A stretch of 64,000 nucleotides of DNA from Gammaproteobacteria bacterium (GCA_013152295.1 JAADGQ010000131.1:6219-70218); one strand, 5' to 3'. Counted from the stretch's first letter, positions 40,667 to 50,527 are shown. Made by a program: numbers and translations. The notes: generated by a model not told the origin, from the letters alone.

Positions 40667-40696
40667 GCGCCCTGATTCGTTAACGAATCAGGGCGC
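40667..40696 (-). terminator. strong intrinsic terminator (13-bp perfect stem GCGCCCTGATTCG-ttaa-CGAATCAGGGCGC, T-tract on the minus strand)
   Basis: Convergent intergenic region between the cheY-like gene and the roadblock gene. Confidence 0.6.
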
Positions 40697-40731
40697 ATGA
40701 ACAACGGTTACTGTATTTTGTCAGCGCTTAA

Positions 40732-41103
40732 TCAGTGCAGTAGTTCTTCAGTTACATCAATGGCGGCGCGTTGAATCTCATTCGAGACCAACCCCAGTTC
40801 GGCGTTGGCTTTGATAATGGTGGCAACGACAGCATCGTCGCCCGCGTGGGTGATCATCATGCAACCAGCCTCCCCGCTTACAACAATCTGCTTCATGGTA
40901 CCACCGCATATCAGTTCGATCATGGCCTGATCGCCTAGCGATACGATAGCGGCGCTCACCGCTCCCAAGCGGTCTTCATCCATATCGGTCGGCAGTTGAG
41001 AAGCCATGACCAAGCCGTCGATCGACATAATTGCCGATGCTTCAATATCCGGTGACTCTTTGTTCAGATCAACAAGAATAGATTGCAGAGCTGTGTGATT
41101 CAT
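40732..41103 (-). CDS. Roadblock/LC7 (MglB-like) domain protein
   Basis: 123 aa with the alpha-beta-alpha roadblock pattern (AIMSIDGLVMAS...GAVSAAIVSLG...VVSGEAGCMMITHAG). Confidence 0.75.
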   Translation of the reverse strand: MNHTALQSILVDLNKESPDIEASAIMSIDGLVMASQLPTDMDEDRLGAVSAAIVSLGDQAMIELICGGTMKQIVVSGEAGCMMITHAGDDAVVATIIKANAELGLVSNEIQRAAIDVTEELLH

Positions 41104-41176
41104 CGAAAACCCCCGTGGTTTTTTTAATTCTCCGAAAGTTAACCTGGCAACCTACATCATCGAATAAAAAGCGATG

Positions 41177-41752
41177 TTAGGCCGCCTCAATTTTGCGGGC
41201 GATGTCAGCATACACCGTCTTGAGCATATTCCTCATCAGTGGTGGCGTCCACCCCGTCGCCTGTAGCAGCCCTTTTTTACGCCCCTCATCAACCAGCGTC
41301 GTCGTCAACGCAACGGTTGCATCGACAACATGCTGAAAAGCAAGGAAAAGCCTGACCCCTTCGTCTGCTCCTAGTTCACTCACCATCGCCTGTAGAAAAA
41401 ACTCACGAGAACGGCTGGCCATGGTCAGCATGTAACGATTGGGCACTTCTCGACGAATGTGCGCCAAACCGATCAGGTACTGTTTTTTCCAGAATTCGTC
41501 ATCGTCATGCCCCTCAACAAGGCTTAACACCCACTTGCGCAACGTATCCTCAACCGCTGGCCGCTCCCCTTCGCGGAAAATTTCACGGGGGCCCTCGTTG
41601 TCGTAAATCGTATCGTAGAAGTGCTTAACAAAGCCCTCCAAATTACTTGTAAAGAAGTCCGTATGCTTTTTGAGAAGGGCAAAGTCACCTTCCGAAACGG
41701 AAATGACTGCATGGACTTCCCTCAGATAGAGTCCAAAATTTTGTTCACTCAT
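41177..41752 (-). CDS. protoglobin-domain protein (single-domain sensor globin)
   Basis: Globin-coupled-sensor-type globin fold with putative proximal His in LIGLAHIRREVPNRYM. Start taken as MSEQNFG (41752); the ORF extends to 41881. Confidence 0.65.
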   Translation of the reverse strand: MSEQNFGLYLREVHAVISVSEGDFALLKKHTDFFTSNLEGFVKHFYDTIYDNEGPREIFREGERPAVEDTLRKWVLSLVEGHDDDEFWKKQYLIGLAHIRREVPNRYMLTMASRSREFFLQAMVSELGADEGVRLFLAFQHVVDATVALTTTLVDEGRKKGLLQATGWTPPLMRNMLKTVYADIARKIEAA

Positions 41753-41984
41753 TTGCGACAATCTCCCGCGTGCGCTTGCCTGGGGCCATCTAAAAAGATG
41801 GCTCAGAGCGTGTGTCAAATATCCATGATGGCGACCATTCCGTTCAGCGTGTACAGCTGCGAGCTGTCCCACGGCGGCCAATAACGATGGGGCTTAACAA
41901 GAGCAGCTAACGCTCCACAGCACGGTGGAACATAACTACATGCATAGTGTTGTTATCGTCCGCTGGATCGTTAACTTTAGCGAC

Positions 41985-42887
41985 TCAGCGGGCGGGCAGA
42001 CCACTGGCCAGGTCAGGATAATCAGGTTGTACGCCCAAACCATGCACCATAAGCCGGTTATCGAGGCGCTTTGATTCGGCAAGGTAGGAGAGCATGGCGG
42101 GACTCAGCTGTTGCTGTGCTTGCAATAGAGTGATCGCAGGTGGGCGAGGTAGTCCCAGCAGATCGGCAACCCGATTGAAGTAGTCGGTCATCGTCGTGGG
42201 GTTGCCGTCACTGGCGTTATAGATGGGTGCTGGCACCTCTTTATGAGCTGCGGCAAAACAGACACGGGCAAGATCGTCGGCATGGATGCGATTGCTAAAT
42301 GGTGCCTCTGCTTCGCGCAGTACCGGCACCTCTTGGCGGATGCGTGCTATCGGCAAGCGCTGCGGACCATAGATACCTGCAACACGCAGAACAACCGAAG
42401 AGATAGCGCGCTGTTGGCTCCAGCTGCGCAGGGTGATCTCGCCATCGAGTCGCCGCCAAGCGCGTTCGCTCTGCGGGTTGGTCGGCGCTGTTTCGTCAAT
42501 CCAGGCACCGTGGCAATTGCCATAAACACCGCTAGTACTGATCAACACAATGCGCTGCGGTTGATGATCGTCGTGGATGGCACCAAGAAACGCGGCTATG
42601 CGCGAATCCGTGGCTCCCTGCGCAGGTGGTGGTGCAAAGTAGTAGATCAATGCATTGTGCGTTGGCAGCTGAATCAACGACCGCGCCACATCAAGGTCGC
42701 ACTGCAATAACTCAACGCCTTGCGCTGCTAACCGGGTGGCCGCCACACCGCTGCGCGCAACCCCTATTACCTGCTGCGCACCGCCAAGCCGTTCAAGCCG
42801 CGCAACACGGCAACCGATATCGCCACATCCAACGATGAGCACTCTTGGCACTATTTTGAGAAGCCGTACGAGGACTCTTGTAGCCAC
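41985..42887 (-). CDS. NAD(P)-binding epimerase/dehydratase-family (extended SDR) protein
   Basis: Rossmann VLIVGCGDIGCRVA N-terminus. True start probably the GTG at ~42851, abutting the GGDEF-EAL stop. Confidence 0.65.
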   Translation of the reverse strand: MATRVLVRLLKIVPRVLIVGCGDIGCRVARLERLGGAQQVIGVARSGVAATRLAAQGVELLQCDLDVARSLIQLPTHNALIYYFAPPPAQGATDSRIAAFLGAIHDDHQPQRIVLISTSGVYGNCHGAWIDETAPTNPQSERAWRRLDGEITLRSWSQQRAISSVVLRVAGIYGPQRLPIARIRQEVPVLREAEAPFSNRIHADDLARVCFAAAHKEVPAPIYNASDGNPTTMTDYFNRVADLLGLPRPPAITLLQAQQQLSPAMLSYLAESKRLDNRLMVHGLGVQPDYPDLASGLPAR

Positions 42888-45331
42888 TGCTTAAAGTGGT
42901 CGGCGGGTATTGGCGGGCTGAAAAAGTGACCCTGCCCATAGTCACAACCCAGTTTTATCAATAGCTCGCAAATAGCCGCGTTTTCAACACCTTCGGCGAT
43001 GACTTTAATACCCATGTTATGGGCCAGCTCGATCGTTGAGCGGACGATCGTGGCATCAGCTTCATCTTCGTTGACACGCAACACAAACGACTTATCGATT
43101 TTAAGCTCGTCCACTGGCAGCTGTTTCAGGTAAGCAAGTGAGGAGTAACCCGTACCAAAGTCATCGATCGAAAACTGTATGCCCATGGCATTCAGTTCAT
43201 TGATCACCTCCAGCGCACGTACTGGCTCCTCCATGATGGCGGTTTCAGTGATCTCCATACGCAGCAACTCAGGAATGGCATCGGCCCTTTTCAATATCCC
43301 TTTGATCCGTGACGGGAACTGCTCCTCCAGTAAATTTTGTGGGGAGAGATTCACCGCCACATTCAGTTCGATACCTGCCTGCTGACACATTCTGCACTGC
43401 CTGACGGCAGCCTCTACAACCCACAGGGTGAGCGGACGAATCAGCCCGGTCTGCTCCGCGAGGGGAATAAACTCATCCGGTGGTAGCAAACCGTGCTTGG
43501 GGTGCTGCCAGCGCACCAACGCCTCAACACCAATCACTTTGTGCTGAATCAGATCGATTTTAGGCTGGTAATACAAAATCAGTTGCTCTGCATGAATTGC
43601 TGTGCGCAGCTCGCCCGCCAGAGCGAAATTGCGCGCACTGTGTCTATCCTGATCCGGGTTGTAGACGACGACATCGCGGTGGCCACGCTTGGCGGCATAC
43701 ATCGCCACATCTGCGTGGCGGGTCAGCGTAATGCTGTCGTTGCCGTGGTCGGGGTAGAGTGCAATGCCGACGCTGGCGGACAAGTGCAATGACTGGCCAT
43801 CCATTTTGTCGATAACGAAGGGGGCCTCTATAGCGGTGAGCAGTTCATGTGCGACTTGCGAGGCATGTTCGCCGCTACTGCCCGGCAGATAGACGGCGTA
43901 CTTGTCGCCACCGAGACGGGCGATGACACCGGGTGGGCTATCCACGCGCTGTTTTAAACGGCGGGCAACTTGCAGCAATACGTTGTCACCGCACTGATGA
44001 CCCAGCGTATTGTTGATCTCTTTGAAGCGATCAAGGTCCAACAACAGCAGGGCAAACTGCAGCTGTTGCTCAGCCCCGTCGGCGATGGCTTGTTGAAGTG
44101 CGTGATCGATGTAGGCGTGGTTGGGCAGCCCGGTTTGAGCATCGTGAGTGGATTGATACTCCAGTGCAGCAGTCTGCGCTCTTCGTGTGGTGATGTTGTG
44201 AAGAATGCCGACAAAGTAGTGGCGCCTGTCCAGCGTCATTTTGCTTAACGTCACCTCCACCGGGAACAATGAGCCATCTTTGCGCAGGCCCAGCAGTTCG
44301 CGGCCAATACCCATCATTCTTGGCACTTTTGATGAGATGCAGCGGCTCATATAAGCACCATGCAGATCACTAAGATGGGTGGGCATCAACATGGTAACGT
44401 TCTGGCCAACCAATGCTTGGGAAGGGTAACCGAACATCTCTTCAGTGGCCGGATTGACCGTCACCATCTCGCCCTCTTCATTGGTCGTAATCACAGCATC
44501 GGCGAGGTTGTCAACAATCGCCCTGATACGTGCTTCGGAGGCGATAAGATCGCGTTGCATAGAGTTAAAAACTGTGGCCACCTGACCCAGCTCATCCTTT
44601 CTCTCCTCAGCCAACAGCGCGGTGCGATCACCCTGACCAACCCTTGTAATAGCATCGCGCAGGATACCGATCGGGCGCAACACATTGACGCGTAGTGCCA
44701 GCCACATGGCGATACCGAGAAACAGTGACAGCAACACAAGAATCATCCACATACGTGATTGCATATAGGCAATATGCTTGGAGACCTCTTTTATAGAGGA
44801 TGTCAGCATCAACACACCACGCAATGGTGCGGAGTCATAGCCGTGACATGCCAAACACTCTGCATCCGCTCTGATCGGCATCAGCACGGTAATCTGCTCG
44901 CTAGTGCCTGTTTCGATAATTGTATCGCCGCTGAGAGCGGCGTTGAAGGCCGTCATTGGCACTGAAGGTGGCGTACTTGACAGTACTGCTGTTCTCTGAA
45001 AACGTGGGGTGTGCAGATATGAGTTGACGGCGTTGACCGTCTCAAGGTCGGTGAACGCGGGCTGGCCGTTACGGCGCAGAATCTCGATACGCACAATGCC
45101 TTCGGCATCTTTCATGCGATCCAACCACTCTCGCGCCAACGTCCCCTGACCGTTGAGCATCAATGTTTTCAGGCTGGCTAGCAGGGTTTTAGCGTGAGAT
45201 TCAGCGCGCCTGACCTCCTCTTTATAAACGGTGTCAGCGAGCTGTTTCTGAATCCACAAGCCGCTGAAGATCAGCGGTACTGCGAGCACCAGGGAGATAA
45301 TTAAAGCGAGGCGGGTGCTCAGGCTGTTCAT
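42851..45331 (-). CDS. membrane-anchored signalling protein with periplasmic domain, PAS, degenerate GGDEF and intact EAL domains
   Basis: Two TM helices flanking a ~170-aa periplasmic region. PAS (IVDNLADAVITTNEEG). GGDEF A-site reads RLGGDKY (Glu to Lys, Phe to Tyr; no RxxD I-site). EAL domain has EALVRW, DDFGTGYSSL and KIDKSFV motifs. Confidence 0.9.
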   Translation of the reverse strand: MNSLSTRLALIISLVLAVPLIFSGLWIQKQLADTVYKEEVRRAESHAKTLLASLKTLMLNGQGTLAREWLDRMKDAEGIVRIEILRRNGQPAFTDLETVNAVNSYLHTPRFQRTAVLSSTPPSVPMTAFNAALSGDTIIETGTSEQITVLMPIRADAECLACHGYDSAPLRGVLMLTSSIKEVSKHIAYMQSRMWMILVLLSLFLGIAMWLALRVNVLRPIGILRDAITRVGQGDRTALLAEERKDELGQVATVFNSMQRDLIASEARIRAIVDNLADAVITTNEEGEMVTVNPATEEMFGYPSQALVGQNVTMLMPTHLSDLHGAYMSRCISSKVPRMMGIGRELLGLRKDGSLFPVEVTLSKMTLDRRHYFVGILHNITTRRAQTAALEYQSTHDAQTGLPNHAYIDHALQQAIADGAEQQLQFALLLLDLDRFKEINNTLGHQCGDNVLLQVARRLKQRVDSPPGVIARLGGDKYAVYLPGSSGEHASQVAHELLTAIEAPFVIDKMDGQSLHLSASVGIALYPDHGNDSITLTRHADVAMYAAKRGHRDVVVYNPDQDRHSARNFALAGELRTAIHAEQLILYYQPKIDLIQHKVIGVEALVRWQHPKHGLLPPDEFIPLAEQTGLIRPLTLWVVEAAVRQCRMCQQAGIELNVAVNLSPQNLLEEQFPSRIKGILKRADAIPELLRMEITETAIMEEPVRALEVINELNAMGIQFSIDDFGTGYSSLAYLKQLPVDELKIDKSFVLRVNEDEADATIVRSTIELAHNMGIKVIAEGVENAAICELLIKLGCDYGQGHFFSPPIPADHFKQWLQESSYGFSK

Positions 45332-45411
45332 TTATTATCTGTTCATCTTGTGATGGAACAGCACATTGCACAAAGAGTTAGAGTTAAGCAAACTGTTTAC
45401 CATTAAGGCGC

Positions 45412-46599
45412 TCACTGGATGTTGCTGATGTGAGCGACACCTCCGAAGCTACCGATCCAGACGCTGCCGTCTGCAGCATCGCTCATTGAGAAGACGTTAT
45501 CGGCATAGAGACCATCGGCACGAGTCAGCACAGAGAAGCCGCTACCCTGTTTATTAAAATAGGCCAAGCCGTTACTGGTGCCGATCCAGATCCGACCATT
45601 GGGCGCACGGTGCAACATAAAAATGTGGTTCGCAGGGAGGCCATCTACGGTGGTGTAGTTGCGCCAGCTTTTACCATCGAAACGTGCCAAACCGCCACCC
45701 CAAGTGCCGCACCAGACAACGCCTTGGCTATCTACTGCAAGCGAGATGATGTAGTTGGGATTATAGGCGACTTTGACATCAGACAGACCCTGCTCAGCTT
45801 TCTGTCGGGCGTGATGTGAGGAGGCTTGCGCCGGATCGTTGGTAAATTGAATGGTCTCTTTTACCACGTCGTAGGGTGCTCCCAACCCGTCATCATGTTT
45901 CCAGTTAACCCAGCTACCATCCCTATACCGCGCCAGCCCATCTTCGGTAGCGAACCAGATATCACCGTTCAAACCCTCTTCAAGGCCGTAAACCCATGGG
46001 TTCGGCAGCCCGCCATCGGTGTTTTCAACGGTAAATGATTGCCAGCTATCTGGGTCTTCGAGCACGCCGCCTTTAATACGATTAACCCCCGACCAGGTTG
46101 CAATCCAGATATCGCCGTTGGAAACTTTCTTGACATCATAGACAAACTGATCGGCAAGTCCTTCGGGAATATTATAGTTCTTCCATTTATCGGCACTGAT
46201 GTCGTAAACCGACAGGCCGCCACCGTAGGTGCCAAGGTAGATCCGCTCATCAATTCTGCTAACGTGAAAAATACCGTTAGAGAGAATACCGCTGACTTTG
46301 TTGTCGAAAACCTTGTAGCTGTCATCTCGGGTATCGTAGCGAATGACGCCTCCGGAAGTACCGATCCAGACGTAGTGACCCTCGGCATGTATCGATTTAA
46401 CGTTGCTGTTGCCCACCTCAAATTGAGCAAAGTGGTTGTTGCTCGGCATCTGCTGTTTGTGTTGTGCCGTCGAAGCGTTGGCTGTACCGCTGCTGGTCGT
46501 TGTATTGGTTTCGCTCGGTGAACAGGCGATGAGGGCAGTAGCCATTGCTAGCAGCCCCGTCGCGATGATGACGCGTTTATTGATCCAACCCTGACTCAT
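45412..46599 (-). CDS. secreted two-component-regulator-propeller (Reg_prop) beta-propeller lipoprotein
   Basis: Signal/lipobox (LLAMATALIACS). At least six WxGT/WIGT repeats (VWIGTSGG, IWIATWSG, IWFATEDG, VWCGTWGG, IWIGTSNG, VWIGSFGG). Confidence 0.75.
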   Translation of the reverse strand: MSQGWINKRVIIATGLLAMATALIACSPSETNTTTSSGTANASTAQHKQQMPSNNHFAQFEVGNSNVKSIHAEGHYVWIGTSGGVIRYDTRDDSYKVFDNKVSGILSNGIFHVSRIDERIYLGTYGGGLSVYDISADKWKNYNIPEGLADQFVYDVKKVSNGDIWIATWSGVNRIKGGVLEDPDSWQSFTVENTDGGLPNPWVYGLEEGLNGDIWFATEDGLARYRDGSWVNWKHDDGLGAPYDVVKETIQFTNDPAQASSHHARQKAEQGLSDVKVAYNPNYIISLAVDSQGVVWCGTWGGGLARFDGKSWRNYTTVDGLPANHIFMLHRAPNGRIWIGTSNGLAYFNKQGSGFSVLTRADGLYADNVFSMSDAADGSVWIGSFGGVAHISNIQ

Positions 46600-47789
46600 T
46601 GCTTGTTATCCGCTTGTTGAGGTGTATTGCCAATGCGCACAACGCCGCTACGTGTTCCAGCCCAAATCTCACCGTCTGCGGTTGTAGCTACTGAGTAGAC
46701 GCTCTCACCAAGCAGCCCGTTGCTTCGGTCAAGGGTAATCCAAGATGTTCCATCGAAGCGCGACAATCCTTTGTTAGTGCCAAACCAAAGCGCACCCTGA
46801 CGATCTTCCGCGATGCTGAAGACAATATCGCCAGCAAGGCCATCCTCAGAGGAGAAACTTTGCCACTGTTTACCGTCGAAACGGCTGACGCCACCACCCC
46901 AGGTACCCGCCCAGATTGAGCCATCATCAGCCTTGTGGTGTATCGAAAAGACATAAGAGGGGTTGTAAGTAGGGCGCCCTTCAGTGAGCACGCTCAGGTT
47001 GTGTCGTGAGCGAGTGCCGAGCCCGGTGTTGATGCTGAGCGGCAGACTGCCCCGGTTATCGGCACCAAGGCCATCGGCGTGGGTCCACGCTTGCCACTGC
47101 ATGCCGTCAAACATTGAGACGCCACCCTCTGTGGCAAACCAGACGCGCTCTTGTGCATCCACAGCGATACCGTAGACCCACTCGTTAACGAGTTCTTCAA
47201 CGTAGTTGGTTAATTCGCCGCTGCTGCCATCCAGGCGGCTGGCGCCTGCCCAGGTGCCAACCCACAGCGTATTATCAGATTGCTGTGCGAAAGCATAAAC
47301 CCAGTAGTCGGCCAGTCCGTGCATGGGAAAGTAAGTTTTCCACTTGTCATCGCGATAGCGCGACATGCCGCCGCCGTTGGTGCCAAACCAAGTTGCGCCG
47401 CTATTATCGGTGAGAATACTGAACACGTATTCGTTGGCCAGGCCGTGTTCTCGGGTGAAGGTGTTGAGGACGTTTTGATCTTTTAAGTCGACCTCGATGA
47501 CGCCGACGGATGAACCAACCCACAACCGCTTGCGCTTTTCATCCACGTTGAGTGCGCGCACATAGACCTCTTTGCCCACATCAAAAGCGTCGAGAACGCG
47601 AAAATTGTGCGCTTTGATCTGTTTGTTAGCGCTGCTCTCCGCCGGATTTTTAACTTGAGCAACGCTTGTTGGTTGCGTGGTGGTTGCTTGCTGCTGCGCC
47701 GTGGCAGGAGGTTCGCTATTCTGTTCCGAGCAGGATGCCAACATCAAAGAGATACACAGCAACGCAACAGAAAGAACAGCTGCACGCAT
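46596..47789 (-). CDS. secreted Reg_prop beta-propeller protein (paralogue of the gene above)
   Basis: Signal peptide with lipobox (LMLASCSE); repeats LWVGSSVG, TWFGTNGG, LWVGTWAG, VWFATEGG, IWAGTWGG, LWFGTNKG, IWAGTRSG. ATGA overlap with the downstream propeller gene. Confidence 0.75.
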   Translation of the reverse strand: MRAAVLSVALLCISLMLASCSEQNSEPPATAQQQATTTQPTSVAQVKNPAESSANKQIKAHNFRVLDAFDVGKEVYVRALNVDEKRKRLWVGSSVGVIEVDLKDQNVLNTFTREHGLANEYVFSILTDNSGATWFGTNGGGMSRYRDDKWKTYFPMHGLADYWVYAFAQQSDNTLWVGTWAGASRLDGSSGELTNYVEELVNEWVYGIAVDAQERVWFATEGGVSMFDGMQWQAWTHADGLGADNRGSLPLSINTGLGTRSRHNLSVLTEGRPTYNPSYVFSIHHKADDGSIWAGTWGGGVSRFDGKQWQSFSSEDGLAGDIVFSIAEDRQGALWFGTNKGLSRFDGTSWITLDRSNGLLGESVYSVATTADGEIWAGTRSGVVRIGNTPQQADNKQ

Positions 47790-48103
47790 CAGCGCAACGT
47801 CCTCAGATAAGCAATCACGTCAAGCATCTCCGTCTCATTCATACGCCCCATGAACGCAGGCATCATCCCCTTTCCCGCTTTCAGCACAGAGAGCAGCCCA
47901 ATATCGGACTGCAGCAACCCTTCACCACGCGTGAAATCGGGCACTCCGGGAATGGCACCACGGCCACCGCTGCCATGACAGCCTGTGCAGTAGCGATTGT
48001 ATTTTTTGGCTCCCTCACCAGGGTTGCCAGCATGTGCGACACCGCTCAGCAGAAAAGCGAGCAAGACGACCATCAAATTTATTTTGGCTGTGTGGTTTTT
48101 CAT
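47789..48103 (-). CDS. periplasmic class I c-type cytochrome (c553/c6-like)
   Basis: 104 aa from MKNHTAKINLMVVLL (signal peptide) with a single CTGCH haem site and distal Met (GKGMMPAF). Its stop overlaps the propeller start by 1 nt. The listed ORF extends upstream to 48253. Confidence 0.75.
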   Translation of the reverse strand: MKNHTAKINLMVVLLAFLLSGVAHAGNPGEGAKKYNRYCTGCHGSGGRGAIPGVPDFTRGEGLLQSDIGLLSVLKAGKGMMPAFMGRMNETEMLDVIAYLRTLR

Positions 48104-48170
48104 CTCCCATCCCTCCTTAATTTTGCGCTGCATCTTATTGCTTTTATCATTTTTGTGGGCCAGAGCAAAG

Positions 48171-48707
48171 CTACTGCGCACTGATCGGCAATGTTCCATC
48201 ATAAGCAGCTTCGAGCATCTCAATCGTTGCTGGGTCGTGCCACTGTCGCGCACCGATAATCTGGCGCAGCAAAACCCCGTCTCGGGAGATCAAAAACGTG
48301 CTTGGGTATGCGCTGATAGCCAACTGCTGCTGAGCAATCGCCATTGTCTTATCGATAAAGCTCATCAGCCTGACCCCTCTATCGATCAGGTATTCACGCA
48401 CCGGCAGCTCATCATCGTCTACCGACATGAGCAGCACCGCAAAACGCTCTCTGTCCAACGCACCCATCAGTTTTTCAAGGCTGGGTAACTCACTGCGACA
48501 TGGCGCGCACCAAGTCGCCCAGACGTTGAGCATGACGACTTTGCCACGATACTGCTCAAGCGGGGTCTGGCTTCCATCTAGTCCCGTCAACATGATCGCG
48601 GGAAAACGCTTCCCCTCAATGAGTCCCTTTTCAGGGGGCGGCGGCTCGCTGCATGCTGAGGCAGCCAATAACGTGATTAACAACAGCAGAAGCCTGCAGC
48701 GTCTCAT
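48171..48707 (-). CDS. TlpA/ResA-family periplasmic thiol:disulfide oxidoreductase
   Basis: Signal peptide and WATWCAPCRSE thioredoxin-fold active site. Confidence 0.8.
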   Translation of the reverse strand: MRRCRLLLLLITLLAASACSEPPPPEKGLIEGKRFPAIMLTGLDGSQTPLEQYRGKVVMLNVWATWCAPCRSELPSLEKLMGALDRERFAVLLMSVDDDELPVREYLIDRGVRLMSFIDKTMAIAQQQLAISAYPSTFLISRDGVLLRQIIGARQWHDPATIEMLEAAYDGTLPISAQ

Positions 48708-48748
48708 CTATTAGCGACCAATGTTAGCGGCCAGTTTTTCCCGTTGAT

Positions 48749-50035
48749 TTACGGCACTATCTGATCGATAACGATGGTCACGTCGTCGCTACCAACCGGC
48801 ACATTTGCCGCGATGCCTTGCAGATCACCACTGGCCGATGATGCATCGCCGCTACGCGAGACGCGAGCGACAAGAATAACGTTTTGGTGGTCTGACAACT
48901 TCAGTGACGGCATCAACGCAGTCGTGTCATCCAGCGTAAAAGTTACGGGCAGCTCTTTGAGCTGTTTGCGCACAATAGCGACCGGCATGCGTGCATTTTC
49001 ATCGGTGCGAGCAAAGATGAACACAGTGTCATCGGGCTCTGCTTTGCCCAGCAAATCGGGATTCAGCTCAACACGGCCCGAGATCTGAGTCGTGCGATCT
49101 GCTTCGCCTAGTGTGTCTTGAGTGACATCGCCGGACTGAGAGGCATCACCAAACGTTGGCGGCGCAGCATTACCCGTAGCCAGGTGACGTGCCTGGGCAA
49201 TGTTACCTTCGATAATCCCCGCGTCTTCCGAGCCCGGCGTCAGTAGCGTCAGCAACTTCTCCCAGTAAGGAATGGACGCGAGAAAGTTACCCCGGTCAAA
49301 TTCGTAGGTGGCGGATAACCACAACCCCTTGCCGTTGTTGGGGTCGAGCTCCAGAGCACGACGTATCAACGTGATCGGCCTGCCTTCGAGGCTTTCGTTG
49401 TTGCTGCTCATAGCCAGTGCATCGGCATAATCGAGGAGCAAATTGGGATCATTGGGACCGACCAGTTTAACGACGTTGCCATACGCGTTGGCTGCCTCCG
49501 CAAAGCGGCGCAGGGCAAAATAGGAGCGGCCGAGCATGTTCCAACCATCCACGTCATCGGGATTCTCGTGCATGCGCTGCTCCAGAGCCGCCACCATCGC
49601 CTCGATCTGACCCGGCAAATTATGGTCCGCTGTGTTCGGCGCAGCTATCTCGGCAGGCTGCTCCGCAAACGCCTGCGGATTGCCCAACGTCTGATAAAGC
49701 GTAATGGCAAGTGCAGGAACCGCCACCGCGACCAGCACAGCGGTGATCAAAGAGGGCTTTCTCTCGGTCTTTGTTTCGACAGCGGCGCTACTGTCACCGA
49801 TATCCTCAAGCATCCGTTTTTGCAGGTCCGCACGCGCCTGATTGAGACGAATATCACTGAGCGTGCCCTGCTCCAGGTCTCTATCGAGGTCGGCAAACTG
49901 CTCTTTGTAGATGGATACGTTAACCGCAGTGCGATCGACTTCAGCCTTTGCAGAGCCACGCCGCAGCATGGGGGGGAGCAGAAAAAACAGGGCAACTGCA
50001 ATAAATCCAGCAGCCACCATCCAAAAAACCATCAT
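48749..50035 (-). CDS. ccmI: c-type cytochrome biogenesis protein CcmI (CycH)
   Basis: N-terminal TM hairpin (FWMVAAGFIAVALFFLLPPML) and C-terminal TPR region. Last gene of the ccm cluster. Confidence 0.8.
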   Translation of the reverse strand: MMVFWMVAAGFIAVALFFLLPPMLRRGSAKAEVDRTAVNVSIYKEQFADLDRDLEQGTLSDIRLNQARADLQKRMLEDIGDSSAAVETKTERKPSLITAVLVAVAVPALAITLYQTLGNPQAFAEQPAEIAAPNTADHNLPGQIEAMVAALEQRMHENPDDVDGWNMLGRSYFALRRFAEAANAYGNVVKLVGPNDPNLLLDYADALAMSSNNESLEGRPITLIRRALELDPNNGKGLWLSATYEFDRGNFLASIPYWEKLLTLLTPGSEDAGIIEGNIAQARHLATGNAAPPTFGDASQSGDVTQDTLGEADRTTQISGRVELNPDLLGKAEPDDTVFIFARTDENARMPVAIVRKQLKELPVTFTLDDTTALMPSLKLSDHQNVILVARVSRSGDASSASGDLQGIAANVPVGSDDVTIVIDQIVP

Positions 50036-50508
50036 GCCTTATCTCTCCCGATATCCTCATTTAGCAGCTGATCAACGCGTTCACGCTCCTCCTTGGTGAG
50101 CACGGTTTCGGTGCCGCGTGCCCGGCGCCGTTTGAGCACCACAAACAGAACCGTCGCGCCGATCAACAACATGCCCAGCGGCCCCAGCCACAACAGCATC
50201 GTGGTGCTATTGAAGGGAGGACGGTAGCGAACAAAATCACCGTAACGTTCGACCAAATAGTCGACAATCTGCTGGTCACTCCATCCAGATTTCATTTTGT
50301 CGCGCACTTCATTGCGCATATCAATAGCAAGCTCAGCGTGGGAAGCTGCCACAGACTGATTCTGACAAACGAGACAGCGCAGCTCTTTGCTGAGTGCCAT
50401 CACCCGTTTCTCCAGCACCGGATCTTCGGCCATGGGGGTCGCTTCATTTGCCACGACCGCGCCAGACAGCAACCCTGCAATCAATATGAGAGGTATCAGT
50501 ATTTTCAT
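50032..50508 (-). CDS. ccmH: cytochrome c-type biogenesis protein CcmH
   Basis: LRCLVCQNQSV (LRCxxC) motif. Confidence 0.85.
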   Translation of the reverse strand: MKILIPLILIAGLLSGAVVANEATPMAEDPVLEKRVMALSKELRCLVCQNQSVAASHAELAIDMRNEVRDKMKSGWSDQQIVDYLVERYGDFVRYRPPFNSTTMLLWLGPLGMLLIGATVLFVVLKRRRARGTETVLTKEERERVDQLLNEDIGRDKA

Positions 50509-50527
50509 TCCATTAACTCTATTGGTG

